From: a virus
DNA length: 64,000 nt
Strand: one strand, 5' to 3'
IMG/VR virus record: IMGVR_UViG_3300020196_000016
Location: 1-64,000 of that record
Every line of letters starts with the position of its first letter. The first letter of the stretch is position 1. The position numbers and the translations under genes were made by a program. This document shows, one piece after another, positions 49,624-59,736 of this stretch. The notes under the pieces are model-generated. The model saw only the letters and a list, made by a program, of their open reading frames with translations, made no database searches and was not told where the DNA came from.

Positions 49624-50102
49624 GTGCGAGAATTATGTCCTTTCTGGTTACATAACGAACATGTTCGCTGTCCTTTCTCCTCAACAATAGTAGCAACAGG
49701 AGTTGTTGTTTTGATTGCTACTGATTTACGATGAAAATCACGGCAAGTTGCCGCATTATGACCTGGCTGTTTGCATTTAGAACAAACACGAACAGAAGGC
49801 GCAGCTTGTTCGGCTACGCCTTCTCCTTTTATTTCTTTTTTTGCTCGACCTTCACGATCAAGGACTTTTAGGTTGAAATCCTTGAATTTCTTGATCCATT
49901 CTTCCCACTTTTCTGTATCTGGAAATTTCTTTACAAAGAATAGAATCTGGCCGTCATTGTTCCAGCCTTCTCCAGATTCATTCCAATCTTCTAGTGATTT
50001 TTCTACAATAGAACGATTTTTGCCATCTACGTTATTTACTTGAATACGGTATATGTGGCCTTCATCATCTGCTGTAAATTTCCATGCTGACGCGGTGATC
50101 AT
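49605..50102 (-). CDS. Protein with two C-terminal CCHC zinc knuckles
   Basis: CSKCKQPGHNAATC; CSLCNQKGHNSRTC; GGAGG RBS; promoter TTGACA-N17-TAGGAT at 50122-50150. Confidence 0.8.
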   Translation of the reverse strand: MITASAWKFTADDEGHIYRIQVNNVDGKNRSIVEKSLEDWNESGEGWNNDGQILFFVKKFPDTEKWEEWIKKFKDFNLKVLDREGRAKKEIKGEGVAEQAAPSVRVCSKCKQPGHNAATCRDFHRKSVAIKTTTPVATIVEEKGQRTCSLCNQKGHNSRTCKMKK

Positions 50103-50209
50103 CCTACCTCCAATCTCTGCAATCCTACCACGGGTCGGTCGGGCTGTCAACCGCAAAGGAAAAGCCGGGAAAACCCCGGCCTCGCCTGATTTCTTTATTT
50201 AACTGAGAT

Positions 50210-50992
50210 TCAACGTTTATTTTTTGATTCTTTTACAAGGCGGGCAGCAACACGACTTGTTAATCTTTCTACCATTTCTTGCATTTGTTCTTCTTCGTCA
50301 CCTTCTGGTGGCGCGTCACCTTCTGGTGAAGCTTCTTCGTCACCTTCTGGTGAAGCTTCTTTGTCACCTTCATCACCGCGTGAAATATCCATTTGAACTC
50401 CATATTGGGATGCCATATTTTTTAATGTATCCAACATGTTGTTGATTAGATCTTTCATTTTTGAAGCGTGTTCTGGACTTTCACCGGCAGCATCACTTGA
50501 AGTATCAGCGCCTTCTGGTGCTTCTGGAGCATCCATTTCTTCTTCCATTTCAGCTTCGTTATAACCTTCTTCCAGTGATTCACTTACAACTTCGAATTCA
50601 CCACGATTTGGTTTACGATCACTGGCATTTGATTTGCCACCGGTTTCATCAGCGACACTTACATTACCTTTACCAACTGAATGATGTGTTCCTGCTTTTA
50701 GTGGCTTCATTGTTCCCGGTGATTTAACAGATTCAGCACCATCGATTCCTTGTTTTGGCTTTGCAACACCTTTAACTTTTTGTTTTGGTGAACCGGGACG
50801 GCCTTCACTTTCTTTACCTTCTTCTGTTACATCGCCCTCTTCAACAACTTCTTCTTCAAGGGCTTCTTCTTCTAATTGACCTTCTTCTTGTTTATAATCT
50901 GATTCTTTCAAGAATTTATCGGTTAATGGCTGTAGATTAGCCAATTTCATAAAGCTGCGGATTGTGCTTTCTTCTAATAGTTTCTTACTCAT
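50210..50992 (-). CDS. Acidic low-complexity protein, possibly structural or scaffold-like
   Basis: LLEESTIRSFMKLA N-terminus, Glu-rich, EGDEEASP repeat; terminator at 50159-50181. Confidence 0.7.
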   Translation of the reverse strand: MSKKLLEESTIRSFMKLANLQPLTDKFLKESDYKQEEGQLEEEALEEEVVEEGDVTEEGKESEGRPGSPKQKVKGVAKPKQGIDGAESVKSPGTMKPLKAGTHHSVGKGNVSVADETGGKSNASDRKPNRGEFEVVSESLEEGYNEAEMEEEMDAPEAPEGADTSSDAAGESPEHASKMKDLINNMLDTLKNMASQYGVQMDISRGDEGDKEASPEGDEEASPEGDAPPEGDEEEQMQEMVERLTSRVAARLVKESKNKR

Positions 50993-51060
50993 TACGTATC
51001 TCCCTTAAAAATAAAGAAATCTAGTTGTAAATAGTACTTTATTTAATGAAATACAAAAAA

Positions 51061-51498
51061 TTATTGTTTATCAACCAATCTTTCCAATAATTTTGATAAA
51101 ATCATTTGATCTTTGCTAATTTCTTTATTTTGTCTCACCATATCTTCAAGCAATTTTGTTTGTATTTCACTATTTTTAGCCAATATATTTATTGCTTTTA
51201 CATTTTCATGAAGGGCTTCTTCTAATGAACGGCGAACATACCAAATTTTAACACCATCTTCGTCATTTTTATCGTGCCAGTCATACATAGTTTTGTTTGT
51301 CTGAACAAGGTTATCTACCTTTATATCTATTTTTTCAACATGATTGCTGATTGACCTAACACTATCAGTCATTTGGTATATTTTATTGTCTGTGTTTTGT
51401 AAGTTCTTTTCTTTTAACCAAGAAAATAATTCTCTCGCTGCTAATGCGACAAGTGTAACCAATAAAGCACCATTTGCTACAATTATATTGTTATCCAT
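51061..51498 (-). CDS. Membrane-anchored coiled-coil protein (holin-like?)
   Basis: N-terminal hydrophobic helix. Confidence 0.55.
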   Translation of the reverse strand: MDNNIIVANGALLVTLVALAARELFSWLKEKNLQNTDNKIYQMTDSVRSISNHVEKIDIKVDNLVQTNKTMYDWHDKNDEDGVKIWYVRRSLEEALHENVKAINILAKNSEIQTKLLEDMVRQNKEISKDQMILSKLLERLVDKQ

Positions 51499-51549
51499 TG
51501 AGAAACCCTCCGAGAGAAATCAAGGAACAATATAATTAGTTTGTAATTA

Positions 51550-51786
51550 TTAATCCAACAACTTTAGGGTCTTGGTAATTTTCTGAATTGCTTTGTCTTG
51601 TATTTGTTTGATACGAACAAAACTAACACCCATTATATCTCCAATTGTTCGTAAATCCATCTCGCCATTCTGTTCTATAGCAACAAAACAACAGTTTAAA
51701 CTTTCTTGATGTTCAACCCAATAACGACAATCTGTATTGGGACAAACTGTATTTAATTCTACACATTTTTCACTACATTTTTTCAT
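51550..51786 (-). CDS. Cys-rich protein with sigma70 region-4-like HTH
   Basis: C..C...CP...CRYW...NC; MDLRTIGDIMGVSFVRIKQIQDKAIQKI. Confidence 0.75.
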   Translation of the reverse strand: MKKCSEKCVELNTVCPNTDCRYWVEHQESLNCCFVAIEQNGEMDLRTIGDIMGVSFVRIKQIQDKAIQKITKTLKLLD

Positions 51787-51796
51787 GTTGTTCCTC

Positions 51797-52813
51797 TCAT
51801 ATGTCGCTTGGTGAATAGGAGAAGACAACATCTTCTACGGCAGGACAATTATTTAATATTTCTTGCCTTATGAAATCAAGGAATTTATCTTCGTATTTTA
51901 AATTTTGTAATACATTATTCTTGTATAACTTCCAAGTATCCACTTGTTCCAATATATCAGTTTTATTAATGATTAAATCACTTACACCATTTATATTGGC
52001 TGCTTTGATTAGCATATCAATATTCAAGAAATCAACTTGACGGGGTCTTCCGGTTGTTGCTCCGTATTCCTGGCCCACTTCACGGATTTTATTAAATATT
52101 TCTCCGTCTGGCTGGAATTTCTTTGCCCCAACATAAGTTTGATATGCTTTGGCTACACCATACACATGACGGATTGATGATGGTGGAATTCCATTAGATA
52201 CAGCACCACCAACATTACAAGTTGAGGATGTTACGTATGGATAATCACCCCAATCAATATCTAATCCAAATCCCTGTGCTCCTTCAAATAGGGCAACAAC
52301 GGGCAAAGAAGAATTAAAAAACTCTTCATATATATCAGTTAATTGGTATTGATCTGTTGTTGGTATATTTTCAAATCTAATACCTTTACGATCATATTTA
52401 TCACGATACGCTGGACCATTACCTTTACGGGTTGTTCCTATTGCTGTATCCACACCATCTTCTTCAAGATGTTTATTAGAAATAACATTTACTCGTTTAT
52501 CTATAAACAAATTTCCTTTTACTTTTATCCCAGCTTCTTCTAAATCACCTATCTCTTTTTGTAGAAGAGTGGGACTTACAACACACCCAGGACCAATAAT
52601 GGAACGAACTCCTTTTAATACGCCAGATGGAACAGCGTGAGTTATAACTTTTTTACCTTCGTGATAAATTGTATGACCTGCGTTATGTCCTCCACCAAAT
52701 CGGACACAATGGGTATATTCACTTGATTTTAATAGTGAATGCGTAACCTTGCCTTTACCACTATCACCAAATTGTAAATCAACAACAACATCAGCCAATA
52801 ACTTTTTTTTCAT
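51797..52813 (-). CDS. purA: Adenylosuccinate synthetase (short form)
   Basis: QFGDSGKGK, NAGHT, IGTT.KGNGP, EGAQG, YPYVTSS, GATTGRPR. Confidence 0.96.
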   Translation of the reverse strand: MKKKLLADVVVDLQFGDSGKGKVTHSLLKSSEYTHCVRFGGGHNAGHTIYHEGKKVITHAVPSGVLKGVRSIIGPGCVVSPTLLQKEIGDLEEAGIKVKGNLFIDKRVNVISNKHLEEDGVDTAIGTTRKGNGPAYRDKYDRKGIRFENIPTTDQYQLTDIYEEFFNSSLPVVALFEGAQGFGLDIDWGDYPYVTSSTCNVGGAVSNGIPPSSIRHVYGVAKAYQTYVGAKKFQPDGEIFNKIREVGQEYGATTGRPRQVDFLNIDMLIKAANINGVSDLIINKTDILEQVDTWKLYKNNVLQNLKYEDKFLDFIRQEILNNCPAVEDVVFSYSPSDI

Positions 52814-53148
52814 AAACCTGCCTCTTCATCAAAAAGATCGTAAATGTCGTCTATTTCATCTTTATCTAGACCAAATTTACGCATCTCTATTTTACCTTCT
52901 TCTATCTCCAAGTCAAGCACTTCTTCTTTCCATTGAGCGTATCCTTTGCTCTTGCGATATGCTTTTAAGAATTCACGGAGGTTTGGTTCGTCTTCCAAGA
53001 AACCTTTAATAATAGCAATAAAGAACTCTTTTTTAGTGAGTTCTTCATGCCGTAGTTTTATCATTAGACGAGCATATTCGCCGTCTATTGTTTCAAAACA
53101 TACCTTACAAGGAACAGCTCCAGCAGGAGGCTTTCTTTCTTCACTCAT
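52810..53148 (-). CDS. Hypothetical protein
   Basis: 112-aa ORF in operon. Confidence 0.65.
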   Translation of the reverse strand: MSEERKPPAGAVPCKVCFETIDGEYARLMIKLRHEELTKKEFFIAIIKGFLEDEPNLREFLKAYRKSKGYAQWKEEVLDLEIEEGKIEMRKFGLDKDEIDDIYDLFDEEAGL

Positions 53149-53803
53149 TTTTGTTTGCTTCTTCTAATAGTTTTTTATAATATTCGCCAACAGCTATTAT
53201 TTCTTCTGGTGTGGCATTATTTTTTATTATATTTGCTTTGCTTGATACAACAATAACATTGTCTTTCACATATCCCTTTTGTGGAATAATACGGTCTAAT
53301 GATGGAGAATTTGGTTGTATTGTTTTTTTGCCGATTCCTACTTCAAGTGGAATGCCAAGAATAGGACATACTGCTGGTATAGTGATATCACTTTCATCTA
53401 TATCAAAGGGTAAGTTTTTTTGTTTTGCTCTGTTACGAGCATGTCGTATCATCTCTTTTTCCGGATTGTTTTGATAGTATAGTTTCTGCTGTTCTTTCAC
53501 TTTTTCCAAATTGTTTTGATAGTATAGTTTCTTGCGTTCTCTCTCTTTTTCCGGATTGTTTTGATAGTATAGTTTCTGCTGTTCTTTCACTTTTTCCAAA
53601 TTGTTTTGACGGTATAGTTTCTGCTGTTCTTTCACTTTTTCCAAATTGTTTTGATAGTATAGTTTCTTGCGTTCTTTATATTTTTCCGCATTGTTTTGAT
53701 ACCATATTTTCTTTTGTTCCTTGAGACACGGCTTACAGACATTTTTGCCTTCATAAAACTCACTATCATCTTTTTCCATATTACATTTAATACAACATTT
53801 CAT
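53141..53803 (-). CDS. HNH-like homing endonuclease with 15-aa tandem repeats
   Basis: CIKC...CKPC; (KLYYQNNLEKVKEQQ)n; CPILG, PSLDRI...GY..DNV.V.S..AN. Confidence 0.85.
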   Translation of the reverse strand: MKCCIKCNMEKDDSEFYEGKNVCKPCLKEQKKIWYQNNAEKYKERKKLYYQNNLEKVKEQQKLYRQNNLEKVKEQQKLYYQNNPEKERERKKLYYQNNLEKVKEQQKLYYQNNPEKEMIRHARNRAKQKNLPFDIDESDITIPAVCPILGIPLEVGIGKKTIQPNSPSLDRIIPQKGYVKDNVIVVSSKANIIKNNATPEEIIAVGEYYKKLLEEANKNE

Positions 53804-54010
53804 ATAAAATCTCTATGCTTCCGATGAATTAATAATATCGGCAAACGCATCAATAAATTTATCTCGTAATTTTTCATTCTTTTTAATTTCTTCTTGATTG
53901 TTCTCTTGTATTGAAGCGTGTAAGCGTTCAACGATCTCGTGATACATCATAACACCAAGAAGATTATCAAAACTTTCAAAATCTTTGGAATACTTCTGTT
54001 TTCTCATATA

Positions 54011-55048
54011 TCACTTCCGATTCAAAATATGTGTAAAGCTTTCACCTAAACCGGCACTTGTCTGTTGAATAAATTCAACTTTGCCAGCAAGTTCATGAAA
54101 GTTTCTTGCACCGGCATATGAATAACCACTCTGAATATTTCCATGAATATCTTGAAGGATTGGAACAACTGAACCTTTGTGTTTGATAAAAGTTGAAATA
54201 CCTTCTGGTGCTGAACTTTTACCACGCCAATCAGTTTGTGCTTCACGGGAAGCCATACCACGATAGTTCTTCATCTTTACACCATCGCTATTGATAAATG
54301 TTTCTCCTGGACTTTCATCTGTTCCGGCAAGCATACTTCCACACATTACAAAGTGAGCACCAGCAGCAAATGCTTTTACCATATCTCCACTATTTTTAAT
54401 TCCACCATCTACAATAAGTTTTGTTTTTCCACTCTTATATGCTTGTGTCTGCACACAATCAAAAATAGCAGCAAGGTTTGGAACACCAAAACCTGTTTGT
54501 AGGCGTGTTGAACAAATACTTCCACCACCAATACCTACACGAATACTATCGGCTCCCCAATCACTTAAATCTTGGAAACCTTTACCAGTTGCTACATTTC
54601 CAGCCATAAGATGGAACTTATAATGGCTTGGATGATTTTTAATCTTTTCTATTGCTTCTTTTACATTCTGGTGATGACCATGTGCAACATCAACACAAAC
54701 AACATCAACACCCCATTTTATAAGTTCACTTGCTCTCTCATAGAAATCACCAGTTGAACCAACAGCAGCACCAACAAATTTAGCACCAGCTTCTTTTGCG
54801 GCAGTTACAAGTTTGCCTTGTTGTTCAATAGAGTTATAGCGATGAATAATACCAAGACCACCAGCTTTGGATATAGCAACAGCCATATTTACTTCTGTTA
54901 CTGTATCCATTGGAGATGAAATAACTGGAAGTGATAGTTGAATTTTTGGATCTAAATTAATCCTCAAATCAACTTCAGTACGACTTGTAATGGTACTAAA
55001 TTTTGGTATCAACAACATATCATCAAATGTCAGAGCTAATTGGATCAT
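54011..55048 (-). CDS. guaB: IMP dehydrogenase / GMP reductase family, no CBS domain
   Basis: SPMDTVT, DVAHG, AGNV, VGIGGGSICSTR, DGGI, YRGMAS. Confidence 0.9.
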   Translation of the reverse strand: MIQLALTFDDMLLIPKFSTITSRTEVDLRINLDPKIQLSLPVISSPMDTVTEVNMAVAISKAGGLGIIHRYNSIEQQGKLVTAAKEAGAKFVGAAVGSTGDFYERASELIKWGVDVVCVDVAHGHHQNVKEAIEKIKNHPSHYKFHLMAGNVATGKGFQDLSDWGADSIRVGIGGGSICSTRLQTGFGVPNLAAIFDCVQTQAYKSGKTKLIVDGGIKNSGDMVKAFAAGAHFVMCGSMLAGTDESPGETFINSDGVKMKNYRGMASREAQTDWRGKSSAPEGISTFIKHKGSVVPILQDIHGNIQSGYSYAGARNFHELAGKVEFIQQTSAGLGESFTHILNRK

Positions 55049-55298
55049 TTTTTTTCTCCATGAGTTCTTGTACTAATTTTGTAGCCTTGTCCCAGCAAAC
55101 TGGGCAATATAAATGTACTTTTTCGGCTTCCTTTTTAACGACAACAAACCAAGACTGAACTTGTTCTCTATTCTTTCTATCAAAAGGAGAGTTACAAGTC
55201 AAGCAACAATCTGGTAGACGATCAAACATATTTAATTTCTGTTTGAGGTCTTTTTGTTTATCTTTGTGTGATTTAGTTTTATCTTTTATTGGTTTCAT
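55023..55298 (-). CDS. Small zinc-binding protein
   Basis: CLTC...YCPVC. Confidence 0.7.
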   Translation of the reverse strand: MKPIKDKTKSHKDKQKDLKQKLNMFDRLPDCCLTCNSPFDRKNREQVQSWFVVVKKEAEKVHLYCPVCWDKATKLVQELMEKKNDPISSDI

Positions 55299-56725
55299 TT
55301 ATCACTCACAGAGAAAATTTTATCAAAATCACACTCTAAAGAATCACAACATTTTATATTGTTTTTTAAAATATATAATATTTCTGATTCTTTTAGAGAA
55401 GGGTCTGCATCGATAGATAGTTTTTTTAATCTTTCTATGGTTTTCATAACATTATCTTGTAAAATATCAATTCCATAAGTTGTTAATAATATATCTTTTA
55501 CAGATATATTATTTTTTAATCTTTTATTAAAAATACCAACTAAAAAATTACCATCTCCACATGATGGATCTAAAAAAGTTTGACTTTTATCGATCCAATT
55601 TTTAGTATCTAAAAGTTCCAGAATTTCATTAACTAATATTAGTGGCGTATAAACTTCTCCATATTCCTTAATTCTTTGTTGAGAAATAGTTTTACTTTTG
55701 TTTTTATTTTTAATTTGTTTTTTATCTTTATTCAGATAGTCTATTTCTTCGTTTGTTAAATTAAAATATTTAAATATATCTTTATCATTATATTTTTTAT
55801 TCAAAGGAAATAATGGAATAGATGAATATACTATTTCATTTCCAAATCCAGACCATTTTGCTGTTTTAAAAATATACTGCATAAGTCTACAATTTAAAAA
55901 ATTTTTTAAATTTATTCCTTCTTCATCAGAGTCAACTAAAATATAATATCCCATATCTGTACAACCTAGATTTCCAGAATCATAAAATGCTTTAAAATAA
56001 CCACTTCTAGACCACATAACTTTCTTTTTGTTAGAAAAATCTTGTTGTTTAGAAGAATACCAAATTTTATTATTTGTATGAAATACAGGAAATATATGTA
56101 TATCAGTTTTTACTTCTGATAAACTGATATTTATTTTCTTTTTTAAAAGTTTATTTTTCTGAAAAAGTAGATTTTTCTTTTTTTCTTCATCTACGCAATT
56201 TAATATTCTTTCTTCATATTTATGAAGTTTTTTTTGTTTTAATATTTCAGCTCTTCTGATTACGTTATGACATGTCACATAGTCATAATTAATTTTAAAT
56301 TTTGGAATATCTGAAAACATTACTTTTTTATGAATTTGATATGAAATATCACAAAAATCATTTGATATCCATGATATGCTATCATCGATATCGATTTGAT
56401 AGTTTTTATTAAAAGAAACAATATCAGTTTTAATATTGTTTTTTGATTTCTTCATAAAAAAGTGACTGAATGTACTTCCTATATCCGGGAAGTATTTTTT
56501 GGTATCTAAATTTAAATAAATCAAATCTGATTTTTTAAAAAGATCCAAAACTTTATTTGATGGCGAACCCCATGATTGAGGGGTTATCCAGCCAATATGA
56601 CCATTTTCTTCAAGCCAATCATTAAAAGCTTTTAATGTAAAATCGATCCATATTTTATGTTGAGTTTTATTTTTTGTTATATTATTCTGAAATGGTGGAT
56701 TACCAAATATATTATTAAATTTCAC
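55295..56725 (-). CDS. Amino-DNA methyltransferase with permuted motif order
   Basis: GNPPF at N-terminus; GEVYTP, LDPSCGDGNFL and YGIDI at C-terminus. Confidence 0.88.
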   Translation of the reverse strand: MKFNNIFGNPPFQNNITKNKTQHKIWIDFTLKAFNDWLEENGHIGWITPQSWGSPSNKVLDLFKKSDLIYLNLDTKKYFPDIGSTFSHFFMKKSKNNIKTDIVSFNKNYQIDIDDSISWISNDFCDISYQIHKKVMFSDIPKFKINYDYVTCHNVIRRAEILKQKKLHKYEERILNCVDEEKKKNLLFQKNKLLKKKINISLSEVKTDIHIFPVFHTNNKIWYSSKQQDFSNKKKVMWSRSGYFKAFYDSGNLGCTDMGYYILVDSDEEGINLKNFLNCRLMQYIFKTAKWSGFGNEIVYSSIPLFPLNKKYNDKDIFKYFNLTNEEIDYLNKDKKQIKNKNKSKTISQQRIKEYGEVYTPLILVNEILELLDTKNWIDKSQTFLDPSCGDGNFLVGIFNKRLKNNISVKDILLTTYGIDILQDNVMKTIERLKKLSIDADPSLKESEILYILKNNIKCCDSLECDFDKIFSVSDK

Positions 56726-56728
56726 TTA

Positions 56729-57871
56729 TCACTCCAATATGTTCTTTAACGAAACCCAAGTATTTATTGATGTATTAATTTCTTTACTTTTTTTAGGTCT
56801 TCTCTGACCCCATTCCAAATCGATTTTTTCTTTAGTATGAAACTGCTTACCATTATACCGATCTTTTGGACAATGCCAAGCACCATTTTTCTGGAGAGTA
56901 AAAGGAACAGAAATTTTTAAATATTCTTTTTCGTGATCATGAAATAAAAATGTTACTGTCTGATTATCATCACACAATATAGATAGAGAACAAAAATCAG
57001 AATTAATTATATTAATAAAATTTTTAAAACATTTATTATTTAATGAAGAAACAAACTCCTGTTTTCCAATTAATAATATTTCTTCTTTTCCATCTAATCC
57101 AGACATTTTAATTAATTTATCTTTTAAAGATTTTTTATCTATACTTGATTCGTTTAGAAGACTATAAACTTTTTTTGCTGCTTGCGTGCCATAATTATTA
57201 CAATCTTCTTTCCATTTTTTCTCTATATTTATCCAATTATTAGCTTCACTATTATTAACATAATAATCACGAATCTGTTCTTTTATTATTTCTAAATCGT
57301 TAATTGTAGTTTTAACATTTTGCAAATTTTTACTATCAAATATAAGATCTCTCATATTTTTAGAATTTGCTCTACCAGGATAAAAAGTTTTATTATTAAT
57401 TGGATTAGTAAATTTTCCAACTCCTTTAGCTGAATCGAGAAAAATATTACATAAAAAAGATACCCAAGTTCCACTACAAACTTGCATACTTTCTTTTATT
57501 CCATTTTGATAATTTTTAAAAGAAAAATCAATTACACTATTATCTTCAAAAAGAACTTGAAAATCTGTTTTTTTAGATTCATTCCTAGCTTGTTTTTCGA
57601 CACAAATAATGTCAAATTTTATATTTTTGTTTTCATAAATTTGATCACAAAATTTTGACAGTATACAATCGACATTTCTTTTATATTCACTTTCATTAAA
57701 TTTTGACTCAATATTTCTAGATTTAATATAATTTAAAAATTCAGTATTTTTCTTATCATAAGAATTTGTAAAATTAATATTATTTTTTTCTAAATATTCT
57801 TGTGATTTTGCGACAAAATATAACTCACAAGCATCTTGAATATAGTGTTCTTCTTTTTGACCTGCACTCAT
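56729..57871 (-). CDS. Putative restriction endonuclease
   Basis: Adjacent to the MTase, same very low GC; KTD...FSFK PD-(D/E)xK-like pattern. Confidence 0.55.
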   Translation of the reverse strand: MSAGQKEEHYIQDACELYFVAKSQEYLEKNNINFTNSYDKKNTEFLNYIKSRNIESKFNESEYKRNVDCILSKFCDQIYENKNIKFDIICVEKQARNESKKTDFQVLFEDNSVIDFSFKNYQNGIKESMQVCSGTWVSFLCNIFLDSAKGVGKFTNPINNKTFYPGRANSKNMRDLIFDSKNLQNVKTTINDLEIIKEQIRDYYVNNSEANNWINIEKKWKEDCNNYGTQAAKKVYSLLNESSIDKKSLKDKLIKMSGLDGKEEILLIGKQEFVSSLNNKCFKNFINIINSDFCSLSILCDDNQTVTFLFHDHEKEYLKISVPFTLQKNGAWHCPKDRYNGKQFHTKEKIDLEWGQRRPKKSKEINTSINTWVSLKNILE

Positions 57872-57891
57872 AAAATCCTTTATAAAATTAA

Positions 57892-58383
57892 TTATAGTTT
57901 ATTACTCATTGAAAATATATCTGGTTGTGATGGTGGTTTCTTTGGATTACCAAACTCAACAACCATTGATGGAAATGGTGCTGAATTCTTCTGTCCTCCA
58001 AATTTTAATCGGCCTTTGATAAAAGAAATGCTCTTCACAAGAACTGGATCCATACAAAATTCATGGAACCACTTTGTGTCTGTTCTTGCTGGCAGCAACA
58101 TTACAACTGTTGTGTTTCCAGAAATAACTTCGTGATATGCTTTACAAACCCAATCATATGTTTTGCTATATGGTGGATTGATAAATACAGTTTCACCTTT
58201 CCAGCTTTGTGCTAATCCATTTTCTTTTATTGTATAATGTTTAGCACATTTATTATTTGTTCCATCACTTGCCGGATCAAGTGTGAAATTATATTTCTGA
58301 TTCAATTTGTCAAACATATTCTGTGGAGTAGTCCATTCATCACTCTTATGACTAAACAATACATCCATATCTTTTTTCAACAT
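57892..58383 (-). CDS. Phage DNA N6-adenine methyltransferase (T1/HP1 Dam family)
   Basis: DEWTTP, FTLDP, FINPPY, LLPARTDTKWF, FIKGRLKF. Confidence 0.92.
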   Translation of the reverse strand: MLKKDMDVLFSHKSDEWTTPQNMFDKLNQKYNFTLDPASDGTNNKCAKHYTIKENGLAQSWKGETVFINPPYSKTYDWVCKAYHEVISGNTTVVMLLPARTDTKWFHEFCMDPVLVKSISFIKGRLKFGGQKNSAPFPSMVVEFGNPKKPPSQPDIFSMSNKL

Positions 58384-58901
58384 ACCTCACCAACACTTTC
58401 TTGTTTTAACAAATGCTTTTTTATAAAGGTTTGATTTTCTTTTAAGGAAACCCAACGCAAATTTTCTATATTGTTATTAAGTGGATTGTTATCAATGTGA
58501 TCTACAACACAACTTTCTCTTATGAATTTTCTCGCACTTTCTGGTGTGATATCCCATTCATTTTTTGGAATAGGAGGATAATCATCAATAGATTTAAATG
58601 TTTCTATTACAAGTCTGTGAACTGAAATAGTAATTCTACAAGTTTTAGCTTTCTTACTTTCTCTTCTATATTCAAAATCTTGATATAGATCGATAGGTAT
58701 ACACAGAGCTATTGATTGTCGAGCACCCTTAAAAGAACCTTTTCCAGTTGGAACTTCATTTTGTTTTTTTAAAACAAAACCTTTTTTATTCCTAATCCTA
58801 CCAAGATTAGAAACTTCATATCCCGGTAATACTTTTTTATTCTTTATTGCCGGTTTCCATATTTCTTCTTCACTTATTAGTGTCTGTGCTGCCAAATCCA
58901 T
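58377..58901 (-). CDS. NUMOD4/HNH homing endonuclease
   Basis: EIWKP...YEVSNLGRIR; VHRLV...VDHIDNNPLNN.IENLRWV. Confidence 0.9.
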   Translation of the reverse strand: MDLAAQTLISEEEIWKPAIKNKKVLPGYEVSNLGRIRNKKGFVLKKQNEVPTGKGSFKGARQSIALCIPIDLYQDFEYRRESKKAKTCRITISVHRLVIETFKSIDDYPPIPKNEWDITPESARKFIRESCVVDHIDNNPLNNNIENLRWVSLKENQTFIKKHLLKQESVGEVC

Positions 58902-59373
58902 TGCTACCTCTGCTACTTATAGCGATATTATCCCGATAAAGTTCGGCGCTGTCAACTGAAATCGGACGAACATGGATTACTGGAAATAATACCGCTTGTG
59001 CGATTTTATCACCGGGTTTAATCATTTGTGGATTTCTTCCAACATTATGTAGGATAATCACAACTTCTCCATCATATCCGGGATCAATTACACCACCACC
59101 AACAAGAAGTTCTTTTTTAGAACTTACACTACTGCGGTTCTTGATTTCAAGACAAAAACCATGTGGAACAGCAAATCGCAGTCCTGTTCGTAATTTCATG
59201 CTTTGACTCGGCATGATTACAATACTTCCAGCTGGCATATTCTTTTCTTCATTATGTTCGCCTAATTTTACATCGGGAGAAAAGAAAAGATCCAATCCAA
59301 CATCACTTGGATTTGCTCTGGTTGGAGGAAAAACATTATCGTGAACTACGGCATATTCTAATAGCATTACCAT
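58870..59373 (-). CDS. dut: dUTPase
   Basis: DVGLDL, NRSS, GVIDPGYDGE, KIAQ, RGSNGFGST. Confidence 0.95.
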   Translation of the reverse strand: MVMLLEYAVVHDNVFPPTRANPSDVGLDLFFSPDVKLGEHNEEKNMPAGSIVIMPSQSMKLRTGLRFAVPHGFCLEIKNRSSVSSKKELLVGGGVIDPGYDGEVVIILHNVGRNPQMIKPGDKIAQAVLFPVIHVRPISVDSAELYRDNIAISSRGSNGFGSTDTNK

Positions 59374-59736
59374 TCTCCCTTCTTAAATTCCATATTGTAA
59401 AGACCAAAATCTTCGCTAACGCGAACAAGCATAACAACTGGTTTACATTCATATAAAAGTGTTGAAAAATCAATACCCATCATATTTTCACTAACAACTT
59501 CTTTTTCTGCTTCCATGCGTGCCTTTCTAATTCCAGCAAACAAAATATCGTTCATGAATTTTCCACCTTCTTTTTAAGTTCAGAACACATACGATTTAAA
59601 TTTTCAATATTTCGCATATGTGATTGTGGATCAATATATTGCGGAGAAGTGAGAGCATAATTATATGCTTTCATTGTTCTATCGACATTAATAAAAAATG
59701 AGAGTAGCTTTTCTTTTAATTCTTTATCCATTTATT

